Shown piece after piece: positions 24,793 to 35,188 of a stretch of 64,000 nucleotides of DNA (its first letter is position 1; every line of letters begins with the position of its first letter). This DNA comes from Gammaproteobacteria bacterium F7 (GTDB taxonomy: Bacteria; Pseudomonadota; Gammaproteobacteria; Pseudomonadales; IMCC2047): NCBI GenBank assembly GCA_001593685.1, contig LUKI01000004.1, positions 47,668-111,667 on the forward strand, in the 5' to 3' direction. The notes beneath the pieces were generated by a model. The model was not told the DNA's origin. It saw only the letters and a list, made by a program, of their open reading frames with translations, and searched no databases. Both the position numbers and the translations under genes were made by a program.

Positions 24793-24869
24793 CGGGGTAT
24801 AGCGCAGTCTGGTAGCGCGCCTGCTTTGGGAGCAGGATGTCGGGAGTTCGAATCTCTCTACCCCGACCA
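24793..24869 (+). tRNA. tRNA-Pro(UGG)
   Basis: Cloverleaf; anticodon arm CCTGC-TT TGG GA-GCAGG; GTTCGAAT T-loop; CCA end. Confidence 0.97.
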
Positions 24870-24918
24870 TTTTTTTATGCACCTTAATGCAAGTCCTGTC
24901 AGCATTAGGGCGTAATTT

Positions 24919-24995
24919 GCGCCCGTAGCTCAACCGGATAGAGCATCGGCCTTCTAAGCCGAGGGTTGCAGGTTCGAGTCCTGCCGGGCGTGCCA
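24919..24995 (+). tRNA. tRNA-Arg(UCU)
   Basis: Anticodon arm TCGGC-CT TCT AA-GCCGA; GGTTCGAGTCC; CCA end. Confidence 0.97.
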
Positions 24996-25039
24996 TTATT
25001 GGCAGTCAGGCATGTCAGGCGGTAGTAGAAAGAATCAAT

Positions 25040-25116
25040 GGTGGGTGTAGCTCAGTTGGTAGAGCCCCGGATTGTGATTCCGGTTGTCGTGGGTTCAAGC
25101 CCCATCATCCACCCCA
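25040..25116 (+). tRNA. tRNA-His(GUG), including G-1
   Basis: Anticodon arm CCGGA-TT GTG AT-TCCGG; GGTTCAAGCCC; CCA end. Confidence 0.97.
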
Positions 25117-25222
25117 TTCTTCTTTCCTAAATCCTGCATGACGACAGAGCAGGGTGGCAGGGTAGAAAATCCCTTCAAACTCTGTAAAGAGCCTCAGATT
25201 TAAAGATAGACATTCAGATTAT

Positions 25223-25307
25223 GCGGATGTGGTGAAATTGGTATACACGCCAGATTTAGGTTCTGGTGCCGCGAGGCGTGAGAGTTCGAGTCTCTCCATC
25301 CGCACCA
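25223..25307 (+). tRNA. tRNA-Leu(UAG)
   Basis: Anticodon arm CCAGA-TT TAG GT-TCTGG; long variable arm; CCA end. Confidence 0.97.
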
Positions 25308-25360
25308 TTTATTAAGAAAATCTTCCATAGTTAGCTCAGCCCGATCCAAAGAGGAACCTC

Positions 25361-26692
25361 ATGCAAGTTTCAGTCGAAAATTTAAGCCCTATCGAACGCC
25401 GTTTAACTGTTGGCGTACCTGCTGAACGTATTGAAACAGAAGTTGAAAGCCGTTTACAAAAAGCTGCTAAGACTGTTCGTATTGACGGTTTCAGACCGGG
25501 TAAAGTACCGATGAAAGTGGTTAAGCAGCGTTACAGCGCTGGTATCCGTGAAGAGGTTGTTGGTGAAGTAGTGCGTCAGTCTTTCTATGAGGCAGTTACT
25601 CAGGAAAAACTGAACCCGGTAGGTTCCCCGAACATTGAGCCGAAAACACTGGAAGCGGGTAAGGATTTTGAATACACCGCGACTTTCGAAATTTTGCCAG
25701 AGGTTGAATTTACTGACCTGAGTAAAATTGAGGTAGAAAAGGTTACAGCTAAAATTGAAGATGCTGATATTGAATCACAAATTGAGCAGCTTCGAGAGCA
25801 GCAACAGGAAATGAAAGCCACTAAACGTGCCGCTAAAGAGGGTGATCAGGTTGTGATTGCTTTTGAAGGCAAAGTTGATGGCGAAACTTTTGAAGGTGGC
25901 AGTTCAGACGAAACACCTTTGGTGCTTGGCTCTAACACCATGATTCCTGGTTTTGAAGATGGCCTGCTGGGTATCAAGCCTGGTGAAGAGCGCGTGTTGG
26001 ATCTTGAGTTCCCTGAGTCTTATCATGCTGAAGAGTTGGCGGGTAAAGCAGTACAGTTCACTGTAAAAGCGAAAAAATCTTTCAAGCCTGTGCCAGCTGA
26101 GCTGAATGAAGAGTTTTTTGCCAAATATGGCATTGAAGGTGGGGAAGAAGAGTTCCGTACTAAATTGCGTGAAAGCATGGAAGCGGCGCTCGAGTCAGCG
26201 CTTAATAACAAGCTAAAAAGCAACCTGATTGATAAGCTGCTTGGTGCGCATGAGATTGCTGTACCGTCGGCGCTGGTTGACCAGGAAATTGATCAAATTC
26301 GTAACGAAATGGTGCAACAGTTTGGTGGTGGTCAGCAAATTGACCCATCAATGTTCCCTGCTGATATGTTTAAAGATCGCGCCGTGCAGCGTGTTGCCAG
26401 TGGACTGCTAATCAACCAGTATGTTCGTGATAATCAACTTAGCGCTTCCGATGAGCAGGTTCGCACGGCAATTGAAAACTTTGCTTCAACCTATGAAGAC
26501 AGTGATCAAGTCATTGAACACGTTTATGCCAACGAACAACAGCTGCAGCACTTTAAATCAGTTGCTGTTGAAGAGCAGGTGATTGCAGGATTGCTGGAAA
26601 AAGTTCAGGTTAAAGAAGTGGCGGGTAACTATCAAGATGTGATGTACCCACCAGCACCTGAGCCAGAAGCGGAAGAAAGCGCTGAAGCATAA
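25361..26692 (+). CDS. tig: Trigger factor
   Basis: IDGFRPGKVP ribosome-binding signature; FKBP domain MIPGFEDGL. Confidence 0.98.
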   Translation: MQVSVENLSPIERRLTVGVPAERIETEVESRLQKAAKTVRIDGFRPGKVPMKVVKQRYSAGIREEVVGEVVRQSFYEAVTQEKLNPVGSPNIEPKTLEAGKDFEYTATFEILPEVEFTDLSKIEVEKVTAKIEDADIESQIEQLREQQQEMKATKRAAKEGDQVVIAFEGKVDGETFEGGSSDETPLVLGSNTMIPGFEDGLLGIKPGEERVLDLEFPESYHAEELAGKAVQFTVKAKKSFKPVPAELNEEFFAKYGIEGGEEEFRTKLRESMEAALESALNNKLKSNLIDKLLGAHEIAVPSALVDQEIDQIRNEMVQQFGGGQQIDPSMFPADMFKDRAVQRVASGLLINQYVRDNQLSASDEQVRTAIENFASTYEDSDQVIEHVYANEQQLQHFKSVAVEEQVIAGLLEKVQVKEVAGNYQDVMYPPAPEPEAEESAEA

Positions 26693-26694
26693 TT

Positions 26695-26722
26695 TAAATC
26701 GGGGCCTAAGGGCCCCGATTTA
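26695..26722 (+). terminator. Hairpin after tig (terminator or mRNA stabiliser)
   Basis: TAAATCGGGGCC-TAAG-GGCCCCGATTTA perfect 12-bp stem, weak U-tail. Confidence 0.7.
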
Positions 26723-26740
26723 GTTTGTAAGACCTCTAAA

Positions 26741-26753
26741 CAAGTTATTGATA
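26741..26753 (-). promoter_or_regulatory. Candidate IHF-binding site
   Basis: Reverse complement TATCAATAACTTG matches WATCAANNNNTTR exactly. Confidence 0.4.
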
Positions 26754-26992
26754 CACTGTGTTAATTTAAAGTATTTATTTGTTGGGGTGTTTAACGTAAG
26801 TTGCCAATAGGTTAGAGGTTAACCGGCAGCGCAGCAATATGTTCCTATGATGCCAACATAAACCTGTTTAGTGTTTTCTTCGAATCTATTTTTGTTTAAA
26901 AAACGTAGACAGCCATGGGCGTAAAGGTATTCTTGATCTAGTATTGGTTAGTGCCTTTTCTGCGGGCTTTTATACGAACAATGGGGATATTA

Positions 26993-27625
26993 ATGAACAA
27001 TAGTCAAACACCGGTAAACCACGACTTAATTAGCCAGCTTGTACCGATGGTGATCGAACAGACGGCTCGTGGTGAACGTTCCTTTGATATTTATTCGCGC
27101 CTGCTCAAGGAACGCGTCATTTTTTTAGTGGGTCCCGTTGAGGATCATATGGCCAATTTGGTTGTTGCTCAGATGCTGTTTTTAGAGTCTGAGAATCCTG
27201 ATAAAGATATTCATCTCTATATTAATTCACCGGGTGGTTCTGTGACTGCCGGAATGTCAATTTACGATACTATGCAGTTTATCAAGCCGGACGTTAGCAC
27301 ACTCTGTATTGGCCAAGCGGCCAGTATGGGCGCTCTTTTGTTAGCGGGTGGGGCTGCTGGTAAACGTTTTTGTTTGCCGCATTCGCGAGTGATGATCCAT
27401 CAGCCATTGGGCGGTTTTCAGGGTCAGGCTACTGATATTGAAATTCATACTAAAGAAATTTTAACGATCCGTGACAAGTTAAACCGCGTGTTGTCTAAAC
27501 ACACAGGGCAGGATCTTGATAAAATTGCTACGGATACAGACCGCGATAACTTTATGGATGGTCACGCGGCTGTTGAGTACGGCTTGATCGATCAGGTCAT
27601 GGAAAGTCGACATATTGGCGAATAA
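26993..27625 (+). CDS. clpP: ATP-dependent Clp protease proteolytic subunit
   Basis: YINSPGG, GQAASMG (catalytic Ser), MIHQP and DRDNFM motifs; exact start uncertain. Confidence 0.97.
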   Translation: MNNSQTPVNHDLISQLVPMVIEQTARGERSFDIYSRLLKERVIFLVGPVEDHMANLVVAQMLFLESENPDKDIHLYINSPGGSVTAGMSIYDTMQFIKPDVSTLCIGQAASMGALLLAGGAAGKRFCLPHSRVMIHQPLGGFQGQATDIEIHTKEILTIRDKLNRVLSKHTGQDLDKIATDTDRDNFMDGHAAVEYGLIDQVMESRHIGE

Positions 27626-27733
27626 ATTATCCTGGCTGGCTTTTCAGTTTTGTTTAATATGATGCTAATCTGTTCATAGTTATTTAATTTAAGAAAGGGT
27701 TGAGTGGCTACTCAGCCCGGATGAGGAAGTAAG

Positions 27734-29017
27734 ATGTCCGACGAGAACACCATCGACGGAGATGACAACGGCAAATTGTTGTATTGCTCTTTTTGCGGCA
27801 AAAGTCAGCACGAAGTTCGCAAGCTCATTGCCGGTCCTTCGGTATTCATCTGTGATGAATGTGTTGATTTGTGCAACGATATCATTCGTGAAGAGATGGA
27901 GGAGGCTAATCCTGAAGACAGCGAAGATCGTCTGCCGTCACCAAAAGAGATTAAAGCCAATCTTGATAATTACGTAATTGGGCAGGATCGCGCCAAGGTT
28001 GTTCTGTCAGTTGCGGTTTATAATCATTATAAGCGCCTTAAGTCCGATTCAGGTAAAGATGATATCGAGTTAGGCAAAAGTAATATTCTGCTGATAGGCC
28101 CTACTGGTAGTGGTAAGACATTACTTGCCGAGACTCTGGCTCGTATGCTTAATGTGCCTTTTACAATTGCCGATGCGACGACATTAACGGAAGCTGGCTA
28201 TGTGGGTGAGGATGTTGAGAATATCATTCAAAAGCTGCTGCAGAAGTGTGATTATGATGTTGATAAGGCGCAGCGAGGCATTGTCTACATTGATGAAATT
28301 GACAAGATTTCCCGCAAATCTGACAACCCGTCGATTACACGTGATGTGTCGGGTGAAGGTGTTCAGCAAGCGCTGCTTAAACTAATTGAAGGTACGGTAG
28401 CGTCGGTCCCTCCACAAGGGGGTCGAAAGCACCCTCAGCAGGAGTTCCTTCAGGTCGATACATCTAACATCTTGTTTATTTGTGGCGGAGCATTTGCCGG
28501 CCTGGAGCAGGTGATCCGTGACCGTTCAGAGAAGAGTAGTATTGGTTTTTCCGCAACAGTCAAAAGCAAGGATGATCAAAAATCTATCAGTGAAGTACTG
28601 GTTGATATTGAGCCTGAAGATTTAATTAAGTTTGGCTTGATTCCTGAGTTTGTTGGCCGCTTACCTGTAATAGCGACCTTGATGGAACTGGATGAAGATG
28701 CGTTAGTTCAGATTCTAACTGAGCCTAGGAACTCGCTTACCAAACAGTATAAAAAGCTGTTTGCCATGGAGGACGTGGAGATAGATTTTCGTGAAGACGC
28801 TTTGCGTGCTATGGCGCAAAAAGCGATGGAGCGTAAAACCGGTGCGCGTGGTCTTCGTTCAATCCTGGAATCTGTTTTATTGGATACTATGTACGAAATC
28901 CCGTCAAAAGATGATGTGATGAAAGTTGTTATTGATGAGTCAATGATTACCGAAGGTACAGAGCCTCTGCTCATTTATGAGACGCCAGAGGGTAATGTAG
29001 CGATTGGTAAAGACTAA
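27734..29017 (+). CDS. clpX: ATP-dependent Clp protease ATP-binding subunit
   Basis: CSFC zinc finger, [16 protein letters not shown] and IGF loops. Confidence 0.99.
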   Translation: MSDENTIDGDDNGKLLYCSFCGKSQHEVRKLIAGPSVFICDECVDLCNDIIREEMEEANPEDSEDRLPSPKEIKANLDNYVIGQDRAKVVLSVAVYNHYKRLKSDSGKDDIELGKSNILLIGPTGSGKTLLAETLARMLNVPFTIADATTLTEAGYVGEDVENIIQKLLQKCDYDVDKAQRGIVYIDEIDKISRKSDNPSITRDVSGEGVQQALLKLIEGTVASVPPQGGRKHPQQEFLQVDTSNILFICGGAFAGLEQVIRDRSEKSSIGFSATVKSKDDQKSISEVLVDIEPEDLIKFGLIPEFVGRLPVIATLMELDEDALVQILTEPRNSLTKQYKKLFAMEDVEIDFREDALRAMAQKAMERKTGARGLRSILESVLLDTMYEIPSKDDVMKVVIDESMITEGTEPLLIYETPEGNVAIGKD

Positions 29018-29044
29018 CTTTTCAATCAGCTGCATTGATTCGTT

Positions 29045-29072
29045 AAAAAGAGGCCGTTTGGCCTCTTTTTTT
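29045..29072 (+). terminator. Intrinsic terminator after clpX
   Basis: AAAAAGAGGCC-GTTT-GGCCTCTTTTTTT. Confidence 0.88.
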
Positions 29073-29151
29073 ATGGGGTTTTAGCTGCCGATCAGCGAAA
29101 AAATGTGACACATAAAGCTTAAAAGTTTCTGACACATCTCTCTCTTTGTTG

Positions 29152-29180
29152 CTTGTATTTTGGCAAGTGCGTCCCCATGA
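29152..29180 (+). promoter_or_regulatory. Sigma32 (RpoH) promoter of lon
   Basis: CTTGTA-N15-CCCCAT versus consensus CTTGAA-N13-15-CCCCAT. Confidence 0.7.
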
Positions 29181-29219
29181 TTAAGACATTACTTTATATA
29201 TTGAAAGGTTCCGTCATCC

Positions 29220-31649
29220 ATGACTGTTGAAGAACAAAATCAGGAAACATCCGCTATTGCCTTACCACTTTTACCGCTGCGCGATGTGGTTGTCTTTCCA
29301 AATATGGTCACACCGCTGTTTGTTGGTCGTGAAAAATCTATTAAAGCACTTGAACTTGCTATGGAGTCGGAGAAAGAAATTTTTCTGGTGGCTCAGAAAA
29401 ATGCCTCGGAAGATGATCCGGCTGAAAGTGATTTATTTGTAACCGGCACAGTCTCCTCTATTTTACAGCTACTAAAATTACCTGACGGTACTGTTAAAGT
29501 TCTCGTTGAAGGTTCTTATCGAGCTAACATGGTTTCCATGGTTGAGGCGGAAGGCTATTACAATGCCATGGTTGAACAGCTTGATTGTCCCGCTTTGCCG
29601 GAGCTTGAAGAAAGTGTCATGGTTAAGGCGGTTATTGCACAGTTTGAGAAGTACGCCAAGGTTAGCAAAAAAGTACCCTCTGAGATTCTCACGTCTGTAA
29701 CGGGCATTGATGAGGCAGGACGACTTGCCGACACTATTGCGTCACATCTCACTTTGACCGTTGAAGAAAAACAACAGATTCTGGAGATGAGTGACGAGCG
29801 TGAACGTCTTGAACACCTTGTTGGTTTAATGGAGTCGGAGCTTGATCTTCTAAAGGTTGAAAAGCGTATCCGTAACCGCGTTAAGCAGCAGATGGAAAAG
29901 AGCCAGCGTGAGTATTACCTGAATGAGCAAATGAAGGCTATTCAGAAGGAAATGGGTGACCTTGACGACGCGCCAAACGAAGTTGAAGGCCTTGAAAAGC
30001 GTATTAAAGAAGCGGGTATGAGCGAAGAGGCCGAGAAGAAAACCATGGCTGAGCTGGACAAGCTTAAGCTGATGTCGCCGATGTCTGCTGAAGCCACAGT
30101 GGTGCGCAGCTACATTGACTGGATGCTCAGTGTGCCTTGGAAAAAGCGCAGCCGTGTACGCCATGACTTAGGCAAGGCGGAAGAAATTCTCAACACGGAT
30201 CATTATGGCCTGGAAGAGGTTAAAGAACGTATTCTTGAGTACTTGGCGGTACAAAAGCGTGTTCGTAAGCTCAAAGGCCCTGTGTTATGCCTGGTTGGCC
30301 CTCCTGGTGTTGGTAAGACCTCACTGGGGCAGTCAATTGCACGTGCAACCAATCGAAAATATATTCGTATGGCCTTAGGTGGCGTGCGGGACGAGGCTGA
30401 AATCCGCGGACACCGACGTACTTATATAGGTTCGTTACCAGGTAAATTAATCCAAAAGCTGGCAAAGGTTGAGGCTAAAAATCCGCTGTTTTTATTGGAT
30501 GAGGTGGATAAAATGGGCGCTGATTTCCGCGGTGACCCGTCTTCAGCGCTGCTGGAAGTGCTGGATCCCGAGCAAAATAATACCTTTAACGATCATTACC
30601 TGGAGGTCGATTATGACCTGTCAGAGGTGATGTTTGTCTGTACTTCTAACTCCATGAATATTCCTCCCGCGCTGTTGGATCGAATGGAAATTATTCGCAT
30701 CCCAGGTTATACCGAGGATGAAAAGCTCAACATTGCGAAACGTTATCTGGTACCTAAGCAATTGAAAAATAGTGGCTTAAAGGAAGCAGAGCTTGTTTTT
30801 TCAGATGAAGCCATTATAGATTTAATTCGTTACTACACTCGCGAAGCTGGTGTGCGTGGATTAGAGCGAGAGATTGCCAAAGTGTGTCGTAAAGTGGTCA
30901 AGAACCACTCCTTGGAGAATAAAAAGGACGCTGATCAGTTAACGGTTAATTCGGAAAACCTTGAAGAATACTCCGGTGTTCGCAAGCACAATTACGGTGT
31001 GGCTGAAGAAGAAAACCGTGTCGGACAGGTGACCGGTCTCGCGTGGACGCAAGTGGGTGGAGAGCTGTTAACTATCGAGTCAGCCGTGATGCCCGGTAAG
31101 GGCCGTGTTATTAAAACCGGCTCACTAGGCGACGTTATGCAGGAATCAATTCAGGCCGCTTTGACGGTAGTTCGTAATCGTTCCAAGGCGCTGGGTATAG
31201 AAGATGACTTCTATGAAAAAAACGATATGCACATCCACGTTCCGGAAGGTGCGACACCGAAAGACGGCCCTAGTGCCGGTATTGGAATGTGTACGGCATT
31301 GGTGTCGGTATTAACAGAAATTCCGGTTAAATCTGACGTTGCTATGACCGGTGAAATTACTCTACGTGGTCAGGTTTTACCAATTGGTGGCCTTAAAGAG
31401 AAATTATTAGCGGCCCACAGGGGCGGCATTAAAACGGTCATCATTCCAGATGAAAATCAGCGTGACCTCAAGGAAATTCCTGACAACATTAAAGCTGATT
31501 TAACGATTCGACCTGTGAAGTGGATCGATGAAGTGCTAGAAATTGCGCTGCAGTACATGCCTAAGCCAGGCACTGACGGTGAAGCTGATGAGCCCGTTAA
31601 ATCAGCGAGTAAGAAAAAAGCGACAAAAAAACAAATTAGCACACATTAA
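29220..31649 (+). CDS. lon: Lon protease
   Basis: LPLRDVVVFP, GPPGVGKTS, PKDGPSAG (catalytic Ser) and GGLKEK motifs. Confidence 0.99.
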   Translation: MTVEEQNQETSAIALPLLPLRDVVVFPNMVTPLFVGREKSIKALELAMESEKEIFLVAQKNASEDDPAESDLFVTGTVSSILQLLKLPDGTVKVLVEGSYRANMVSMVEAEGYYNAMVEQLDCPALPELEESVMVKAVIAQFEKYAKVSKKVPSEILTSVTGIDEAGRLADTIASHLTLTVEEKQQILEMSDERERLEHLVGLMESELDLLKVEKRIRNRVKQQMEKSQREYYLNEQMKAIQKEMGDLDDAPNEVEGLEKRIKEAGMSEEAEKKTMAELDKLKLMSPMSAEATVVRSYIDWMLSVPWKKRSRVRHDLGKAEEILNTDHYGLEEVKERILEYLAVQKRVRKLKGPVLCLVGPPGVGKTSLGQSIARATNRKYIRMALGGVRDEAEIRGHRRTYIGSLPGKLIQKLAKVEAKNPLFLLDEVDKMGADFRGDPSSALLEVLDPEQNNTFNDHYLEVDYDLSEVMFVCTSNSMNIPPALLDRMEIIRIPGYTEDEKLNIAKRYLVPKQLKNSGLKEAELVFSDEAIIDLIRYYTREAGVRGLEREIAKVCRKVVKNHSLENKKDADQLTVNSENLEEYSGVRKHNYGVAEEENRVGQVTGLAWTQVGGELLTIESAVMPGKGRVIKTGSLGDVMQESIQAALTVVRNRSKALGIEDDFYEKNDMHIHVPEGATPKDGPSAGIGMCTALVSVLTEIPVKSDVAMTGEITLRGQVLPIGGLKEKLLAAHRGGIKTVIIPDENQRDLKEIPDNIKADLTIRPVKWIDEVLEIALQYMPKPGTDGEADEPVKSASKKKATKKQISTH

Positions 31650-31662
31650 TAGATCAGCCAGC

Positions 31663-31692
31663 TTGACAGATAATTTGGCCTGTTGGTATAAA
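31663..31692 (+). promoter_or_regulatory. Sigma70 promoter of hupB
   Basis: TTGACA, 18-bp spacer ending in TGG, then TATAAA (extended -10). Confidence 0.65.
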
Positions 31693-31863
31693 TGGTCCGC
31701 TAATTTAACAAGGATCGGTAAATAAAGTATTTAGGGATTGGCAGGAATGCACTTTTACGGCTATGCTTGTTTGCCATTCGCCCATGACGAATAAATCGTT
31801 TTACTATTGATACTTAATATCTAAATACATAAAAGTATACTCAAACAATAAAGGGGAACCAGT

Positions 31864-32136
31864 GTGAATAAATCTGAACTGATCGACGCAATCGCTGCTG
31901 AAGCGGATATTTCTAAAGCTTCTGCCGGACGCGCACTTGATGCGGCGGTTGATGCTGTGACAAATGAATTAAAAAAGGGTGGTCAAGTATCACTGGTAGG
32001 TTTTGGTACATTCTCTGTTAAGGATCGTGCAGCACGTACTGGCCGTAATCCTCAAACTGGTGAAACTATTCAGATTAAAGCGGCTAAAATTCCTAGCTTT
32101 AAAGCGGGTAAAGCCCTTAAGGACGCTTGCAACTAA
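31864..32136 (+). CDS. hupB: DNA-binding protein HU-beta
   Basis: [16 protein letters not shown] and GRNPQTG motifs; lon-hupB-ppiD synteny. Confidence 0.97.
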   Translation: MNKSELIDAIAAEADISKASAGRALDAAVDAVTNELKKGGQVSLVGFGTFSVKDRAARTGRNPQTGETIQIKAAKIPSFKAGKALKDACN

Positions 32137-32204
32137 GATAAGCGGTGTGTGCTGAGAGGAGTTTAAAATTTCCCGCAACGCAGCACGCTGTTAGGTTGTA
32201 AAAC

Positions 32205-32239
32205 AAAAATGCGCATCAATATAGATGCGCATTTTTTTT
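32205..32239 (+). terminator. Intrinsic terminator after hupB
   Basis: AAAAATGCGCATC...GATGCGCATTTTTTTT. Confidence 0.85.
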
Positions 32240-32278
32240 GTATTTATATCGACTATTTAACGGATTTGAGACTTTTCC

Positions 32279-34168
32279 ATGTCAATTCAGAGCATTAAAG
32301 ATAACTCCCAGGGCATGATCGCCAAAATTATTGTGGGACTCATTGTGCTAACTTTTGCTTTATTTGGCGTTGATGCCATTGTTGGTAATAGTGGAGGTAG
32401 TTCAAAAGCCGCTGTTGTTAATGGTGATGAGATTAGTGAGTTTGAGCTACTTCGAGCAGCGGATTTTTTCAAGCGCCGTATGCTTCAAGAGATGGGTGCT
32501 AATGCTGACCCTGATTTGATTGATGACCAGTTGGTACGAGCACGAGCGCTTGAAGAGCTAATTCAACGCCAGCTCTTGCTACAAGCGGCTGATGAACAAG
32601 CTATTTTTGTCGCCAATGGTCGGGTTGACCAAGCTATCCTGCAAAATGAAAGCTTTCAGACGAACGGTGTATTTGACCGCAATATCTATGAATACACACT
32701 GCGCAACTTACAAATGACGCCTGTTGATTACAAAGCTCAATTGACCCGCGATATGTTAATTCAGCAAATGCAGCTTGGCATTGCTTCATCGGCGTTTATA
32801 ACACCGGCAGAAATTGATTTATTAGCGCGTATTGACCGGCAAACTCGAGATTTTTCTTACTTGACCATTAATGCCAATGAATTAGCCGCTGATATTGTTA
32901 TCAGCGATGCTGAGGTTCAAGCTTATTACGAGGAAAATCTTGCTGATTATATGAGTGAAGAAAGCCTCAAAATTGAATACTTGGAGTTAAAGCAAGCTGA
33001 TTTTGCCAGTAATATTGATGTTAATGAGGCTGAAATTGAGCAACTTTACCAGCAGGAAACGGATGCCTTGGCAGCTCAGCAGGAGCGCCGTGCAGCCCAT
33101 ATTTTGATTACTGAAGAGGCGCGTAGTAGCAATGAAGCTGAGCAGTTAATCATTGAACTGCAGAATAAAATCAAAGCTGGTGAGGACTTTGCCGAACTCG
33201 CTAAACGTTATTCAGAAGACCCGGGGTCGGCTGAAAATGGCGGAGATCTTGGTTTTGTTGAAAAGGGCGCGTTTGTGCCTGAGTTTGAGCAGGTTTTATT
33301 TTCACTGAATGAAGGTGAAGTGTCGGACATCGTAGAAACAGAGTTTGGTTATCACCTGATTCGTTTAGAGGAACTGCGTAAACCTGAAGCAGAGCCATTT
33401 GAAATGGCTAGAGAAAGGTTGGCAGGTGAACTGCGTTTTCGTAAAGCTGAAGAGGAGTTTGTTGCTGCTGCCGAAGAGCTACAAAACGATAGTTTCAGTG
33501 CGGGTGATTTAGTTGAACCGGCACAGAATCAAGGGTTGAGTATCCAGACCACGGAATTTTTTAGCCGTCAGCAGGGTAGTGGTATCGCCGCTTTTGAAAA
33601 AGTACGACGTGTTGCGTTTAGTGATGAGCTGTTAACGGAAGGCAATAACAGCGACCTGATCGAACTCAGCAAGGATCATGTGGCTGTTATTCGAGTGAAG
33701 CAGCATAACCCCTCTAAACCCCAAGCGCTTGAAGAGGTTGCTAATGATATTCGTCGCAGCCTAAAAGCCCGTGCTGCGCAGCAGAACGCGCAGAAAATGG
33801 GTGAGCAGATACTGGTTGAACTGCGCGATGGTAAAACATTGCAGCAAGCCAGCGATGATTACGGTTATCCACTTAACAGTTACCAAGGCGTAAACCGTAT
33901 CGCCAATGATGTAGACAGTGAAATTCTCGATGAGCTGTTTGCTCTGGCTAAGCCGCATGATTCAGAGGCAACTACCGGTAGCCTTATTAATTCACAAGGC
34001 GATTTCGTTATTCTGTCACTTAAGAAGGTGAGTGAAGGCGATGCGAGTGCTTTGAGTGATCCCGAGAAGCAGGCGATGAGCCGTATCTTGGCGCAGCAGA
34101 CAGGCATTCAAACACTTAAGGAGTTCGTTAGTGGACAGCGTGCTAGCGCAGAGATTGAAAAATTCTAG
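32279..34168 (+). CDS. ppiD: Periplasmic chaperone/PPIase D
   Basis: N-terminal TM, SurA-N domain, parvulin motifs AAHILI, SEDPGSAENGGDLG and FGYHLI. Confidence 0.95.
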   Translation: MSIQSIKDNSQGMIAKIIVGLIVLTFALFGVDAIVGNSGGSSKAAVVNGDEISEFELLRAADFFKRRMLQEMGANADPDLIDDQLVRARALEELIQRQLLLQAADEQAIFVANGRVDQAILQNESFQTNGVFDRNIYEYTLRNLQMTPVDYKAQLTRDMLIQQMQLGIASSAFITPAEIDLLARIDRQTRDFSYLTINANELAADIVISDAEVQAYYEENLADYMSEESLKIEYLELKQADFASNIDVNEAEIEQLYQQETDALAAQQERRAAHILITEEARSSNEAEQLIIELQNKIKAGEDFAELAKRYSEDPGSAENGGDLGFVEKGAFVPEFEQVLFSLNEGEVSDIVETEFGYHLIRLEELRKPEAEPFEMARERLAGELRFRKAEEEFVAAAEELQNDSFSAGDLVEPAQNQGLSIQTTEFFSRQQGSGIAAFEKVRRVAFSDELLTEGNNSDLIELSKDHVAVIRVKQHNPSKPQALEEVANDIRRSLKARAAQQNAQKMGEQILVELRDGKTLQQASDDYGYPLNSYQGVNRIANDVDSEILDELFALAKPHDSEATTGSLINSQGDFVILSLKKVSEGDASALSDPEKQAMSRILAQQTGIQTLKEFVSGQRASAEIEKF

Positions 34169-34194
34169 GCGATAAGCGCCCGATTTTGGTAATT

Positions 34195-34233
34195 AAAAAA
34201 GCCGCTGCTCAGTAATGAGCAGCGGCTTTTTTT
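34195..34233. terminator. Bidirectional terminator between ppiD and fabI
   Basis: A6-GCCGCTGCTCA-GTAA-TGAGCAGCGGC-T7. Confidence 0.92.
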
Positions 34234-34269
34234 GTGTCTGCGTTTTAGTAAAACGCTCACTTATACAGG

Positions 34270-35058
34270 TTACTCAGGCAGATCGCCCATTGCCGTGGTA
34301 TTGAAACCGCCATCAACATAAGTGATTTCACCGGTAATGCCACGTGACAGGTTTGATAGATAGAAAGCCGCAGCATCACCGACTTCGTCAATCGTGGTGT
34401 TATGACGCAGTGGCGTCTGATTTTGGTTGTAATCGAGCATACTGCGGAAGCTCTTGATGCCGGAGGCTGCCAGCGTACGAATTGGCCCCGCTGAAATACA
34501 GTTAACTCGTGTGCCTTCAGGACCAAGGCCTCGTGCCATATAGCGTACGTTAGCTTCCAGGCTGGCCTTGGCTAAGCCCATCACATTGTAGTTTGGCATG
34601 GTGCGCTCAGCACCGAGATAGCTCAATGTCAGGAGTGCGCCGTTACGACCTTTCATCATGTCACGGCCCGCTTTTGCCAGCGCGACAAAACTGTAGGAGC
34701 TGATGTCATGGGCAATACGGAAGCCTTCGCGTGTTGTTACGTCTATATAGCTGCCATCAAGTTCGTGAGCAGGCGCGAAACCCACGGCATGAACGATACC
34801 GTCAAGGCCATCCCAATGCTCTGAGAGGCTTTTGAAGACGGCGTCAATTTCATCGTCGTTTGCAACATCGCATGGGAAAACCAGATTAGAACCCCAGCCC
34901 TCGGCGAACTTTTCAACGCGTCCTTTGAGTTTTTCGTTTTGATAGGTGAAGGCAAGTTCAGCACCTTCGCGGTGACAGGCTGCAGCGATGCCGGAAGCAA
35001 TGGATAATTTGCTTGCAACACCAACAATTAGAATCTTTTTACCGGCAAGAAAACCCAT
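34270..35058 (-). CDS. fabI: Enoyl-ACP reductase
   Basis: [19 protein letters not shown] and [13 protein letters not shown] motifs. Confidence 0.98.
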   Translation of the reverse strand: MGFLAGKKILIVGVASKLSIASGIAAACHREGAELAFTYQNEKLKGRVEKFAEGWGSNLVFPCDVANDDEIDAVFKSLSEHWDGLDGIVHAVGFAPAHELDGSYIDVTTREGFRIAHDISSYSFVALAKAGRDMMKGRNGALLTLSYLGAERTMPNYNVMGLAKASLEANVRYMARGLGPEGTRVNCISAGPIRTLAASGIKSFRSMLDYNQNQTPLRHNTTIDEVGDAAAFYLSNLSRGITGEITYVDGGFNTTAMGDLPE

Positions 35059-35188
35059 ATTAAGTCCTTTGTTTCGTGATCATTAATGTAAGAGCTTTAT
35101 TTCCAGAAAATGGAAATCAGGGCTCCGTTAAGCGATGGCCGAGAGTATACCCAATGTGCCAACTAATTACGATTGAGCTGCTGTTGCG

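Noticed and set aside
24703-24996. 97-aa minus-strand ORF (MARPAGLEPAT...)
   Set aside because: Antisense translation of the tRNA-Arg and tRNA-Pro genes, a classic spurious ORF.
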